Positions 1-10,101 of a stretch of DNA of 56,042 nucleotides are shown here, in pieces. A program made the position numbers and the translations under genes. Position 1 is the first letter of the stretch, and every line of letters starts with the position of its first letter. The notes beneath the pieces were generated by a model. It searched no databases and was not told the origin of the DNA. It saw nothing but the letters and a program-made list of their open reading frames with translations. The stretch comes from Mustelus asterias (taxonomy: Eukaryota). The DNA lies in assembly GCF_964213995.1 (NCBI RefSeq), contig NW_027590773.1:124001-180042 (forward strand). The letters run 5' to 3'.

Positions 1-90
1 AGCACCTGTTGCAAACTTTCATTCCAATGTTAGGAATGAAAGTTGCTTTCGTCTCTCCGCCAAGAGGATGAAGTGGAGATGAAGGAACTG

Positions 91-197
91 TGAGGTCATT
101 GCTTGAATTGGAAATCAAAGGAGCTTGAAGCCGATTGGATGTTATCTGATGATGTTTTCAGCAGTGAACCAATCAACAGGGGCCCGGATATGACTCA
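91..197 (+). promoter_or_regulatory. Putative promoter of TCR V gene 1
   Basis: CRE-like TGAGGTCA (91-98), inverted CCAAT (ATTGG 134-138), CCAAT (169-173) and AP-1 TGACTCA (191-197), all just upstream of the leader ATG at 276. A similar arrangement precedes V gene 2. Confidence 0.5.
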
Positions 198-275
198 ACC
201 TCTTCCCACCTCTTGAGTAAAACAACTTCAGCTTCAACCCGTTCTGGTCAAATCCGCTTCCAGCTCTCTGCAAGC

Positions 276-327
276 ATGTCTCCTGTTACTCTGTATTTAT
301 TCCTCATAGCGACAGCTCTTTTAACCG
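276..327 (+). CDS. TRAV/TRDV: Leader (signal peptide) exon of TCR alpha/delta V gene 1, MSPVTLYLFLIATALLT(G)
   Basis: ATG at 276, hydrophobic 17-codon peptide, phase-1 donor G|GTAGG at 327/328. Splices in frame to the acceptor TTACAG| at 891. Confidence 0.88.
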
Positions 328-891
328 GTAGGTTCACAAGTTGCTCAATTCTGTGTTGTACATCATTCCCACATAATATATTCTGTCAGGTAGTTCGCTC
401 AATGCAAGGGGGAGGGGGTGGGTGATCAGGGAATGGATTGATCACAACATCGAAACATTATCATGATCTCGCTGGTCTCAACACTGAGCACTGTTGGGAT
501 TAGGCACATTTCTCCCATGAAATGAGAGGGAATGAGTTGGGCTCAGATTGAAGCTCCTCTGATACCAGCGAATGATTTTGGCAAACACCACACTTCAAAC
601 AGACAGACCGTGAGCGGTTTCCAGTTACAGGGACTGAAGGCGAGGAGCTGATCTCTTTAGAAAGAAGAGAATGTTTATGGTGGAAGTTTTATTTAATCGC
701 CACAAGCACCTTCCCTTTCTAGCCGCTGAACTGTGAAATATATGTTTTGTTGTGCTGTGTGATTTCTTTGTGAGATAATTGTTCAAGATTACGGCAGATT
801 CGAGGGTTTGGGGGTGGGGGGGTTCGGGGTGGGGGTGGGGGGCAGAGTGAAGTCGCATTGTTTAGATTAATATTCCTTTGCGTTCTTACAG

Positions 892-1198
892 GAGACTGTG
901 GAGGAGATTCTGTTTCACAGACAGCGGCTGCAGTCACCGTAACTGAAGGAAATATTGTTCAGTTGCTCTGTAATTATACAGCTCCAAGTACTAGCACTCC
1001 TTATTTATTCTGGTACCGTCAGCATTCCAGTGGGTCCATGGAGTTTCTGCTGAGGAGGTATAAATACAGTGGCAACACAGAGATGTCCTCAGGGGAACGT
1101 TTTTCAGCGGAACTCAATGATACAATCCGCACCGTCCCGTTGAAAGTGTCGAAAACAGAGCTGGAAGACTCCGGGGTGTATTACTGCGCACTGAGTCC
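892..1198 (+). CDS. TRAV/TRDV: TCR alpha/delta variable (V) exon, apparently functional
   Basis: GDCGGDSVSQT...LLCNY...LFWYRQ...RFSAEL...LEDSGVYYCALS. It has the canonical Ig-V Cys, Trp and YYC, no stops, a pyrimidine tract plus AG at 890-891, and is followed directly by an RSS. Confidence 0.95.
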
Positions 1199-1237
1199 CA
1201 CAGAGACACAGAGCTGGGCTGAACCTGTACAAAAACT
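1199..1237 (+). other. 23-bp-spacer recombination signal sequence (RSS)
   Basis: Heptamer CACAGAG (1199-1205), exactly 23-nt spacer, nonamer ACAAAAACT (1229-1237). Confidence 0.95.
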
Positions 1238-1444
1238 GTCAGAGGCTCACTCAACATAACAGAGCGTGAGGCAAACATTGGATCAGAGTGAGTCTGAAAT
1301 GGAACCTGAAATCGTGGTGATTTCTCAATCTTTCACTGAGAATATTTTTATGAATAACAAATATATTGCAAAATTAAAACACCGGGACACTTAAAAGAAT
1401 GAGCACGATAATATTTGTAAATTGTAATGTCCCGAAGTGTTTTA

Positions 1445-1690
1445 TGTCGTAAACACAGCAGCTAATTTGGACTCAGCATATTATTTCATTCAGTAATATT
1501 GCAGTGCTCTGGCTGTGTCAGTCACTGCGATTGGTGAACAGATATCGAACAGGATGTTTCTCTTGCTCTTTTTGGAAACAGTGACCATGTGGCACCTCCA
1601 CCTGAGAGGGAAGACGGTGCCCCAGATTTAACAGGTCACCGCGAGGCTGGCAGCTCTGACAGTGCAGCATTTCTAAGCACTGCACTGTCT
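1445..1690. mobile_element. Old degraded interspersed repeat (shark SINE, possibly DeuSINE/SacSINE1-like)
   Basis: Motifs AAACACAGCAGCTAATTTG, CCACCTGAGAGGG and CTCTGACAGTGCAGCA...CACTGCACTG resemble a common shark repeat. Recognised from memory only. Confidence 0.4.
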
Positions 1691-2369
1691 CCTCGGTAAG
1701 TTCCCGGAGTATTGTTCTGGATAGATTGCCGGTGTCCCCTGGAGTGGAAATAATATCTGAAGGGACTGGAGACAGTATTCGGGAAGTCTCGGGGCGTGGT
1801 GACCACTCGTTAACCCAATCTGGGAAAAACAAACTGAAATAACGAAAATGAAATTAAAAATAAACATTATCGGTCCCCATATTAGAAATAACGTGTATAC
1901 TCCTGCGTCTCGTTATTTTATGGGAAATATAATTGCAGTCGAGGCGGTCCAGTTCAGATTTTCCAGATGATTAACAGGAATCGGTGGGTTTCCTTTTGGA
2001 GATGGTTGGCCAGGCTCTCCCTGCACAACCACTAAACCTCCTCACGCCTGGACTAGTGCTGTATGTACATTCAGCATCAGCAATTGAGCTCCAACTTCTA
2101 TCAGTCACCTCTCCCCACTCCAACTCTGTAGCGAACTACAGAACCTTTGCCTCTCTTAATAAACCGCCCCACATCAACATCGTCCTCATACTCCTATCTT
2201 TTCCGTCTCTCTCTCATTCTGTTTTTCATCGGCCAGATTGTGGAGAGCCAAAGGGAGAGAGAAAAATCCACACTCAGTCCTTCAATAAATTGCAATCAAA
2301 ACGTTTCCTGCACATTCCACTCGTCCCATCAGTTGACTGCGAAGTCTAAAACTGCCAGCGTTGTCAGAG

Positions 2370-2610
2370 AATACAGATTGAAAGATGACCACTTTCATTT
2401 GGCGAGTGGTTAACACTGAGGTTGAGTCTCTTTGACGACAAGAAGATATGGATGGAATGTTCAAATGGGCCGGTAAGTTGCAGATGGAATTTAACCCTGA
2501 AAAGAGTGGTGATAAAATTTAGAAGGAGCAATTTGACAACGAAGTATTCAACGAATGGCATGAAACTAGAAAGTTCTGTAGAACAAAGGAGGCTTGTCGT
2601 GTTCCCCATG
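2370..2610 (+). mobile_element. Degraded CR1-like LINE fragment
   Basis: Decayed similarity to the post-FADD region of CR1 RT (TGGGCC..AAGTTGCAGATGGAATTTAACCCTGAAAAG). Confidence 0.45.
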
Positions 2611-3283
2611 TTGAAATTGATGAAATGCTGAGTAAATTGTGTTATAATTCTCTGGAGTCAGACGAAAGACATGAGATTGTTTCCCATTGTCTTTCCATTC
2701 CTTTATCTTTATTACTTAGCCTGAAAATTCCTGTGTTGCAGCATTTGCTTCCCTCACGGGATCTCCATCTAAATCCTCAGTTGTTCAATCCGTGTACAGT
2801 TCTATTTACAATCGCAACCCGAGGAAATCTACCCGTCAGAACGAAAAGTTCCGCGTAAACAGGTCAAGCGCGTGGTAATAAGATTAAGGTTCTTGAGAAG
2901 TCGTCACAAACTGGTGTAAAAATAAATAACATTTAACATGAGCGAGTTAATCCGATCAAATGAAACCGCAGACATCTGAGGCCTCTGGGTTTGTACTTAG
3001 AAACGTTAATAAGATTAAATATACTCTTTCACTATTATCGTTAATTTACTCTGACTAAAATGATTGAATTCTGACAGACGCACCGATAGATATCGTAATT
3101 AATACTATCCTGATGGCAAGGGAAACATGGTCTATTGCAATATGAAGACAGGCTCTGGTGTCATACAAAGAGCTGATCTCCGGTTGGAAGGAAAGAGTTA
3201 AACCGAGAAAGAGACAGAATGACTGAGAATGTGACAGAGAGCAAGAGGGTGAGAAAGACGCACTCAGCCTGGGCTACAATTTG

Positions 3284-3441
3284 ATTGGAGAAAGCCAGCC
3301 GCACTTCGTCGTCAACTAACAGTGATTGATCCAAAGCTAACATCATCTCAGGCAGACTAACCAATCGCAGCACTGAGAAACGCCCCCCAGTTTCCCAATA
3401 ATTGCAGTTGCCTCTGATCTGAGTTGACTCTGTGATATAAA
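3284..3441 (+). promoter_or_regulatory. Putative promoter of TCR V gene 2
   Basis: ATTGG (3284-3288), half-CRE CGTCA (3310-3314), CCAAT (3361-3365) and TATAAA (3436-3441) upstream of the ATG at 3498. Confidence 0.5.
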
Positions 3442-3497
3442 CTAGAAGCAGCAACATCGTTTAAACAGTGTGGCTGTTTACTGTCCTATCAGGAACC

Positions 3498-3862
3498 ATG
3501 TGTTCCCTGTGTGCTTTACTGATAATAATGGTCATGCTGCCCGGTGAGTCTGAGCTCAAATCCTCAGTCTGTGTTTCATGGGTTATATTCACTCAGATTT
3601 CTCACACATTCTATATGTTGTTACAGGAACCAATGGCCAAGATTCAGTTTCCCAGGACCTGCCCGAATTCACGGTCCAGGAAGGGCAGACGGTAATATTG
3701 AACTGCAACTACACAGCACAATACACTGGCGAGACTCTCTTCTGGTACATTCAACCTCCCGGGGACGCTCCGAGATATTTACTGAAGAAATACGGCAAGG
3801 GACAGGGGGAAAAGTCTCCAGATTTCCCTGACCGGTTTTCGGCTGAATTGGACAAAGACAAG
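3498..3862 (+). pseudogene. TRAV/TRDV: TCR alpha/delta V pseudogene, 3'-truncated in FR3
   Basis: Leader MCSLCALLIIMVMLP(G) at 3498-3543, donor GTGAGT, 83-nt intron, acceptor at 3626. The V exon reads GTNGQDSVSQD...ILNCNY...LFWYIQ...RFSAELDKDK, then switches abruptly to repeat sequence. It has no second Cys and no RSS, and there is an in-frame stop at 3896-3898. Confidence 0.9.
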
Positions 3863-3921
3863 TGGCTTTTGCTACCAAATAAACCTGTTGGACTTTAACC
3901 TGGTGTTGTTAAACTTCTTAC
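3863..3921 (+). mobile_element. Short repeat fragment (probably a Penelope-like terminus) replacing the V2 3' end
   Basis: TGGCTTTTGCTACCAAATAAACCTGTTGGACTTTAACCTGGTGTTG, a sequence I recognise as abundant in shark genomes. The family assignment is unverified. Confidence 0.45.
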
Positions 3922-3994
3922 CACATTCATTACCCAGACATGGTCTAGTTTATTTTTTATAAAGAGTGACATGGTTAAATGCAGTGATAATTTA

Positions 3995-4152
3995 AGCAGG
4001 TTCCCTCCCTAACAGCACTGTGGGTGTACCTACACCACATAGACAGCAGCGGGTTCAAGACGGCAGCTCACCACCACCTTCTCCAGGGCAACTAGGAATG
4101 GGCAATAAATGCTGACCTAGCCAGTGACACCCACATCACAAGAATCAATAAA
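3995..4152 (+). mobile_element. 3' tail of a LINE (CR1/L2 clade)
   Basis: ACAGCACTGTGGGTGTACCTACACCAC...GGCAGCTCACCACCACCTTCTC...GGGCAATAAATGCTG, ending in an AATAAA-rich tail. Confidence 0.55.
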
Positions 4153-4340
4153 TATTCATCTAACCCAGCACATTGTCCAATGAAATATCAATCCATACAT
4201 GGTATTAATACAGTGAGAACTCAAAAAGGGTTGATTGTAGTGTCCACAGCAGCATGGTGTAATGTAGTATTCACTGAGACAACTGAGCGTATAAACAGCG
4301 ACTGGGTTGAGTGCAGTGATAACTGGGAAAGGAGCAAATG

Positions 4341-4537
4341 TCCGGGATTCTACGGCTGTTCACTCGTGGGGAATTCTCTGCTCTCGTTCCCCTGCCTCTG
4401 GTTTCCTGCTAGCGTGAGGTGACTTCAATGGGAAATCCCATTGACAGCGACAGGACCAAAAACTCCCTCTGCTAGTGAACGGTGTGTCACCTCTCACTGC
4501 CCAGAAAGCTGCTGAGGGGAGACTGGAGGATCCCAGA
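4341..4537. mobile_element. MITE-like palindromic element
   Basis: Imperfect terminal inverted repeats (TCCGGGATTCT / AGGATCCCAGA) and a central perfect 9-bp inverted repeat TCAATGGGA-AA-TCCCATTGA (4425-4444). Confidence 0.5.
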
Positions 4538-4627
4538 AACTATGTTAAAAATAGCCATATTGGCAACAGCAGGAAAATATTACATCCCAAACTCAGTAAT
4601 ATTCACAATGATATTCTCCAATCAGCT

Positions 4628-6667
4628 GAAGGGCAGATTTTACTGATACAAGACCCAGATTGTAATAACTGAGAGAGGTTTAGGGCAGAGTTTACTGATA
4701 CCAGGCCCAGATTGTAATAGCAGAGAGCTTTAGGGCAGAGATTACTGATACAAGGCCCAGATTGTAATAACTGAGAGAGGTTTAGGGCAGAGATTACTGA
4801 TACAAGGCCCATATTGTAATAACTGAGAGATGTTTCGGGCTGAGATTACTGATACAGTGCCCAGATTGTAATAACAGCGAGGTTTAGGGCAGAGATTACT
4901 GATACCAGGCCCAGATTGTAATAACTGAGAGAGGTTTAGGGCAGAGATTACTGATACCAGGCCCAGATTGTAATAACTGAGAGAGGTTTATGGCAGAGAT
5001 TACTGACACAACGCCCAGATTGTAATAACTGAGAGATGTTTAGGGCAGATTGTACTGACACAGCGCCCAAATTGTAGTAACTGAGAGAGGTTTCGGGCAG
5101 AGATTATTGATACAAGGCCCAGATTGTAATAACTGAGAGAGGTTTAGGACAGAGATTACTGATACAAGTCCCATATTGTAATAACTGAGAGATGTTTTGG
5201 GCAGAGATTACTGATACAAGGCCCAGATTGTAATAACTGAGAGATGTTTAGGGCAGAGATCACTGATACAAGGTCCAGATTGTAATAACTGAGAGAGGTT
5301 TAGGGCAGAGATTACTGACACAACGCCCAGATTGTAATAACTGAGAGAGGTTTAGGGCAGAGATTACTGATACAAGGCCCAGATTGTAATAACTGAGAGA
5401 GGTTTAGGGCAGAGATCACTGATACAAGGTCCAGATTGTAATAACTGAGAGAGGTTTAGGGCAGAGATTACTGATACAAGGCCCAGATTGTAATAACTGA
5501 GAGAGGTTTAGGACAGAGATTACTGATACAAGTCCCATATTGTAATAACTGAGAGAGGTTTCGGGCAGAGATTACTGATACAAGTCCCATATTGTAATAA
5601 CTGAGAGATGTTTTGGGCAGAGATTACTGATACAAGACCCAGATTGTAATAACTGAGAGATGTTTAGGGCAGAGATTACTGACACAACGCCCAGATTGTA
5701 ATAACTGAGAGAGGTTTAGGGCAGAGATTACTGATACAAGGCCCAGATTGTAATAACTGAGAGAGGTTTAGGGCAGAGATCACTGATACAAGGTCCAGAT
5801 TGTTATAACTGAGAGAGGTTTAGGGCAGAGATTACTGATACAAGGCCCAGATTGTAATAACTGAGAGAGGTTTAGGGCAGAGATTACTGATACAAGGTCC
5901 AGATTGTAATAACTGAGAGAGGTTTAGGGCAGAGATTACTGATACCAGGCCCAGATTGTAATAACTGAGAGTGGTTTTGGGCAGAGTTTACTGATACCAG
6001 GCCCAGATTGTAATCACTGAGAGAGGTGTAGGGCAAAGATTACTGATACAAGGTCCAGATTGTAATAACTGAGAGAGGTTTAGGTCAGAGATTACTCATA
6101 CAAGGCCCAGATTGTAATAACTGAGAGAGGTTTAGGTCAGAGAATACTGATACAAAGTCCAGATTGTAATAACTGAGAGAGTTGTAGGGCAGAGATTACT
6201 GATACAAGGCCCAGATTGTAATAACTGAGAGAGGTTTATGGCAGAGATTACTGATACAAGTCCCAGATTGTAATCACTGAGAGAGGTTTAGGGCAGAGAT
6301 TACTGATACAAAGCCCAGATTGTAATAACTGAGAGAGGTTTAGGGCAGAGTTTACTGATACAAAGCCCAGATTGTAATAACTGAGAGAGGTTTCGGGCAG
6401 AGTTTACTGATACAAGGCCCAGATTGTAATAACTGAGAGAGGTTTAGGGCAGAGTTTACTGATACAAGGCCCAGATTGTAATAACTGAGAGAGGTTTAGG
6501 GCAGAGATTACTGATACAAGGCCCAGATTGTAATAACTGAGAGAGGTTTCGGGCAGAGTTTACTGATACAAGGCCCAGATTGTAATAACTGAGAGAGGTT
6601 TAGGGCAGAGATTACTGATACAAGGCCCAGATTGTAATAACTGAGAGAGGTTTCGGGCAGAGTTTAC
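4628..6667. repeat. 52-bp minisatellite, ~39 copies
   Basis: Consensus GATACAAGGCCCAGATTGTAATAACTGAGAGAGGTTTAGGGCAGAGATTACT. Period measured as 52 nt. Confidence 0.97.
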
Positions 6668-6789
6668 GGACACATGATCCCGGCAGGATTTACTGTTTGA
6701 TAATCCAGCTGTTTGGCCCCGTTATGAGCACACCTTCCATGGCCATCAAGTCCGGAAGTCGGCCTTGAACCCTTGAAGAATGAGAGGCG

Positions 6790-7355
6790 ACCCCATTGAA
6801 ACAGACTTAAAATTCTTACAGGGTGTGACAGGGTGGATGTAGATTGGATGTTTCCCCTGGCTGGTGAGACTAGAACCAGGGGACACAATCTCAGAATCAG
6901 GGGCAGACCATTGAAGACTGAGATGAGGAGGAATTTCTTCACTCAGAGGGTGGTGAATCTTTGGAATTTTCTATTCCAGGGGGATGTGGAAGCCCAATCA
7001 TTCAGCATGTTCAAGACTGTGTGTGCGTGCGTGCGTGCGTGTTGGTGCGTGCGTGTTGGTGCGTGCGTGTTTTGTGTGTGTGTGTGTGTGTGTGTGTGTT
7101 GGTGTGTGTGTGTTGGTGTGTGCGTGTTGGTGTGTGCGTGTTGGTGTGTGCGTGTTTTGTGTGTGTGTGTGTGTGCGTGTTTTGTGTGTGTTGGTGTGTG
7201 CGTGTTTTGTGTGTGTTGGTGTGTGCGTGCTTTGTGTGTGTGCGTGTTTTGTGTGTGTTGCTGTGTGCGTGTTTTGTGTGCGTACGTGCACCATGATCTG
7301 TTTGAATGCTGGCGCAGGATCGATGGGCCAAATGGCCTACACCTGCTCCTATTTT
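6790..7355 (+). mobile_element. CR1 LINE 3' fragment interrupted by a (GT)n-derived microsatellite
   Basis: Translates to MFPLAGETRTRGHNLRIRGRPLKTEMRRNFFTQRVVNLWN (CR1 ORF2 C-terminus). The tail GATGGGCCAAATGGCCTAC resumes after the microsatellite. Confidence 0.85.
7016..7290. repeat. Compound (GT)n/GTGC microsatellite
   Basis: Directly visible. Confidence 0.95.
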
Positions 7356-8279
7356 CCTTTGAGATTTAAATACATTGACACACATGCACGCTGACACACA
7401 CACACAGAAAGATATACACAGTGTGGACATATTTATTGACCACTTAATGTGACTGACTGCTACACATCCCAGTTTACCAAAGACACACAATATTCAGCAG
7501 CATTGTAAACAGCGCAGCTGGAAACATCAAATTGGGGATTTGGTTTGAAAAAGGGTCAAAGCCTCTCTTGCTAAAGGCTGTTTGTCTATATTGTGCTGAC
7601 AGTGATACACTGCCATCCTCTGCTGCCTGCTGGACATTGCTCCAGCCGCAGAGAGAGTGAAGTAGATCAGAAACTCACTGGGAGAGAATGCAGCTTCACA
7701 CAGTATCCATCCAAAATGACAGGAGCATCAGCAACACACACAAGCTCCGTGTGGAGACTGAGAGGGGCTCAGTGTGGAACACAAAGCTTCACACTAAACC
7801 TGGAAGGACATTGATAAAGAGTTTAAAACAAAACTGTCAGGAGGAGAGGGTGCAGAATACAGTGTTGCAGTTACCGATAGGGTATAGAGAAAGATCAGCT
7901 TAATATATGGTAGGTCCACTCAAAAATTAACATTCTGACCAAACACTAAAGCTTTCCACAAAACAAGGCTCACAAATTCAACACCACTTTCCTTTGTCCG
8001 CTCTCCCATCATGCTGTGCGCGGAGTCTCTGATCGATGCGAAGGGCCTAGTATTTGAGGCTCTGAGCTGAACCCACAATCTGTCTAATTCTGAGGGAAGA
8101 TTACTGCCACTCAGATACAGCTGGCTGCAATATCCCCTTGAAATATATCTGTTGTGTACAGAGCCACATGTTTTTTTTCCCCTGTGTCTGCTGTCCTTAA
8201 AGAACTATTGAATAATCTAAACATCCGCATTAATTATCACAGAACAAGGCCAACATGAAAGAATCGAGTATCGGGTTTG

Positions 8280-8577
8280 AAAGTTTATTTATTAGTGTCA
8301 CAAGTAGGGTTACATTAACACTGCAATGAAGTTACTGTGGAAAATCCGTAGTCGCCATGCTCTGGCGCCTGTTTGGGCAACTTGGGGAGAATTTAGCATG
8401 GCTGATACACCTAACCAGCGCGTCTTTCGAACTGTGGGAGGAAACCGCAGCACCCGGTGGAAACCCACGCAGACACGGGGAGAATGTACAAACTCCACAC
8501 TGACAGTGACCCAAGCCAGGAATCAAACCCGGGTCCCTGGCGCTGTGAGGCAGCAGTGCTAACCACTGTGCTGCCCC
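8280..8577 (-). mobile_element. tRNA-derived SINE (HE1/V-SINE-like head, alternative tail)
   Basis: Reverse complement of CACAGTGGTTAGCACTGCTGCCTCACAGCGCCAGGGACCCGGGTTTGATTCC (A/B boxes). Tail is CTTCATTGCAGTGTTAATGTAA...TGACACTAATAAATAAACTTT. Confidence 0.85.
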
Positions 8578-8690
8578 TCATCGAAACATTGTGCAGTTGT
8601 GGAATGCACAGGATAGGAGGGATGTGATAGCACTGGAAAAGGTGCAGAGGAGATTCACCAGGATGTTGCCTGGCCTGGAGAGTTTTAGTT

Positions 8691-8984
8691 CATAGAATCA
8701 TAGAATCCCTACAGTCCAGAATGAGGCCATTCGACCCATCAAATCTGCACGGACTCTTACCCAGGCTTACCCCGTAACCCCACGTATTTTCCCGCTAATC
8801 CCCCTAACCTATACATCGTGGGACCCTCAGGGCAATTTTGCATGGACAATGCACCCGGAGGAAACCCACGCGGACACGGGGAGAATGTGCAAACTCCACA
8901 CAGACAGTAACCCGAGGCCGGAATTGAACCCGGGTCCCTGGCGCTGTGAGGCAGCAGTGCTAACCACTGTGCTACCGTGCCGCC
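8691..8984 (-). mobile_element. HE1-like SINE
   Basis: Reverse complement of GGCGGCACGGTAGCACAGTGGTTAGC...GGTTCAATTCC, with a (TTCTATGA)n-type tail. Confidence 0.88.
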
Positions 8985-9015
8985 ACTCGAACTGAAGAGA
9001 GATTTTATAGACTGA

Positions 9016-9150
9016 GGGTGTGATCTTACCACCTGTTGACGCCACACTCCCGCTCAGCGAGGTCGGAGAATCTGGTGACCAGCCAAATCTCCTTTCACTG
9101 CAGTGGGATGGGAAAATCCTGCCGGCCTGAACGGTGATAAGATTCCACCC
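9016..9150. mobile_element. MITE-like element
   Basis: Terminal inverted repeats GGGTGTGATCTTACCAC / GTGATAAGATTCCACCC (14/17 match), inserted into CR1 sequence. Confidence 0.6.
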
Positions 9151-10101
9151 TGGGGTTGTTTTCCGTGGAGCAGAGGAGGCTGAGGGGGAACATGACGGAG
9201 ATGGATAAGATTATGAGGGACATCGATAGAGTAGACGGGAAGAAAGCTTTCCCCTTGGTGGTGGGATCAATGACCAGGGGGTATAGATTTAGGGTAAGGG
9301 GCAGGAGGTTTACAGGGGATGTGAGGAAAACCTTTTTCACCCAGAGGGTGGTGGGAGTCTGGAACTCTCTGCCTGAAAGGGTGGTGGAGGCAGAGACCCT
9401 CAGAACGTTTAAGAAGTGCTTAGCTATGCATTTGCAATGCCAAGGCTTACCAGGCCGTGAGCCAAGTTGGGTGATTTGTCTTTGACCGGCACAGTTGCAA
9501 TGGGCCGAAGGGCCTTTTCTGTTCTCTAGACCTCCATTGCTAAAACACAACCTCACTGACCCAGCTTCTGGTCATCCATCCAAATCTCTCCCTCCGCAGC
9601 TCGGGGACAAATCCTGCCGCGCAATCTTCCTTTGAAGTGGCTTTGGACATTTCATTCTCCGTGAGGACTTGTCCGGATAGTGGCTGCTGTTGTTGTCTTT
9701 GTCTCAGTGTCAGCTCAGAAACATGGACAACATGTTAGAAATGGCCGTCTCCCAGTGAGTGTGAGGACAGGGCAGGCTTTGAGCGAGGCCTGGGCCGCTC
9801 CCTGAAGGACACAGGGCCACCATTGTGCTTTTTGCTGACAAACAGAAAGCTTTCACCTCTCTCTCTCTCTCTCGTGTCTCATCTCACTCACATTCTGCCC
9901 CTTCCATTCACTCTGTGCTGCTTTCTGGAGGAGGCTGCCAGCTTTATCCGCCACAGAGCATCTGCCAACAAGAACATCAGATGAAACCTTCCATTCCCCA
10001 AGTCCCTCTTTCCTCTCTGCTCCTCGCTGTCTTTCCGGAGGAAATGGGATGGGAAGCTGATGGGAAATGTTACCATTTATGACGAGGGAATGAATTATTA
10101 A

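Larger units (their letters stand above)
8600..9535 (+). mobile_element. CR1 LINE 3' end with a nested SINE and MITE
   Basis: LEKVQRRFTRMLPGLE at ~8630-8680, resuming as FSVEQRRLRGNM...FFTQRVVGVWNSLPE at 9156-9485. Tail ATGGGCCGAAGGGCC. Confidence 0.85.

Noticed and set aside
6833-7490. Cys/Val-rich and His/Thr-rich ORFs
   Set aside because: Translations of a (GT)n microsatellite inside a CR1 fragment.
7575-7640. TATTGTGCT-GACAGTG-ATAC as the lost 3' end of V2
   Set aside because: The heptamer lacks the essential first C, there is no nonamer at 12 or 23 nt, and the upstream translation does not resemble FR3.
7765-7800. CTCAGTG...CACTAAACC as an RSS
   Set aside because: Spacer of 16-17 nt fits neither 12 nor 23, and the heptamer lacks CAC.
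9700-9760. Possible exon MDNMLEMAVSQ with a GTGAGT donor
   Set aside because: No promoter or partner exon, and no recognisable leader or homology.
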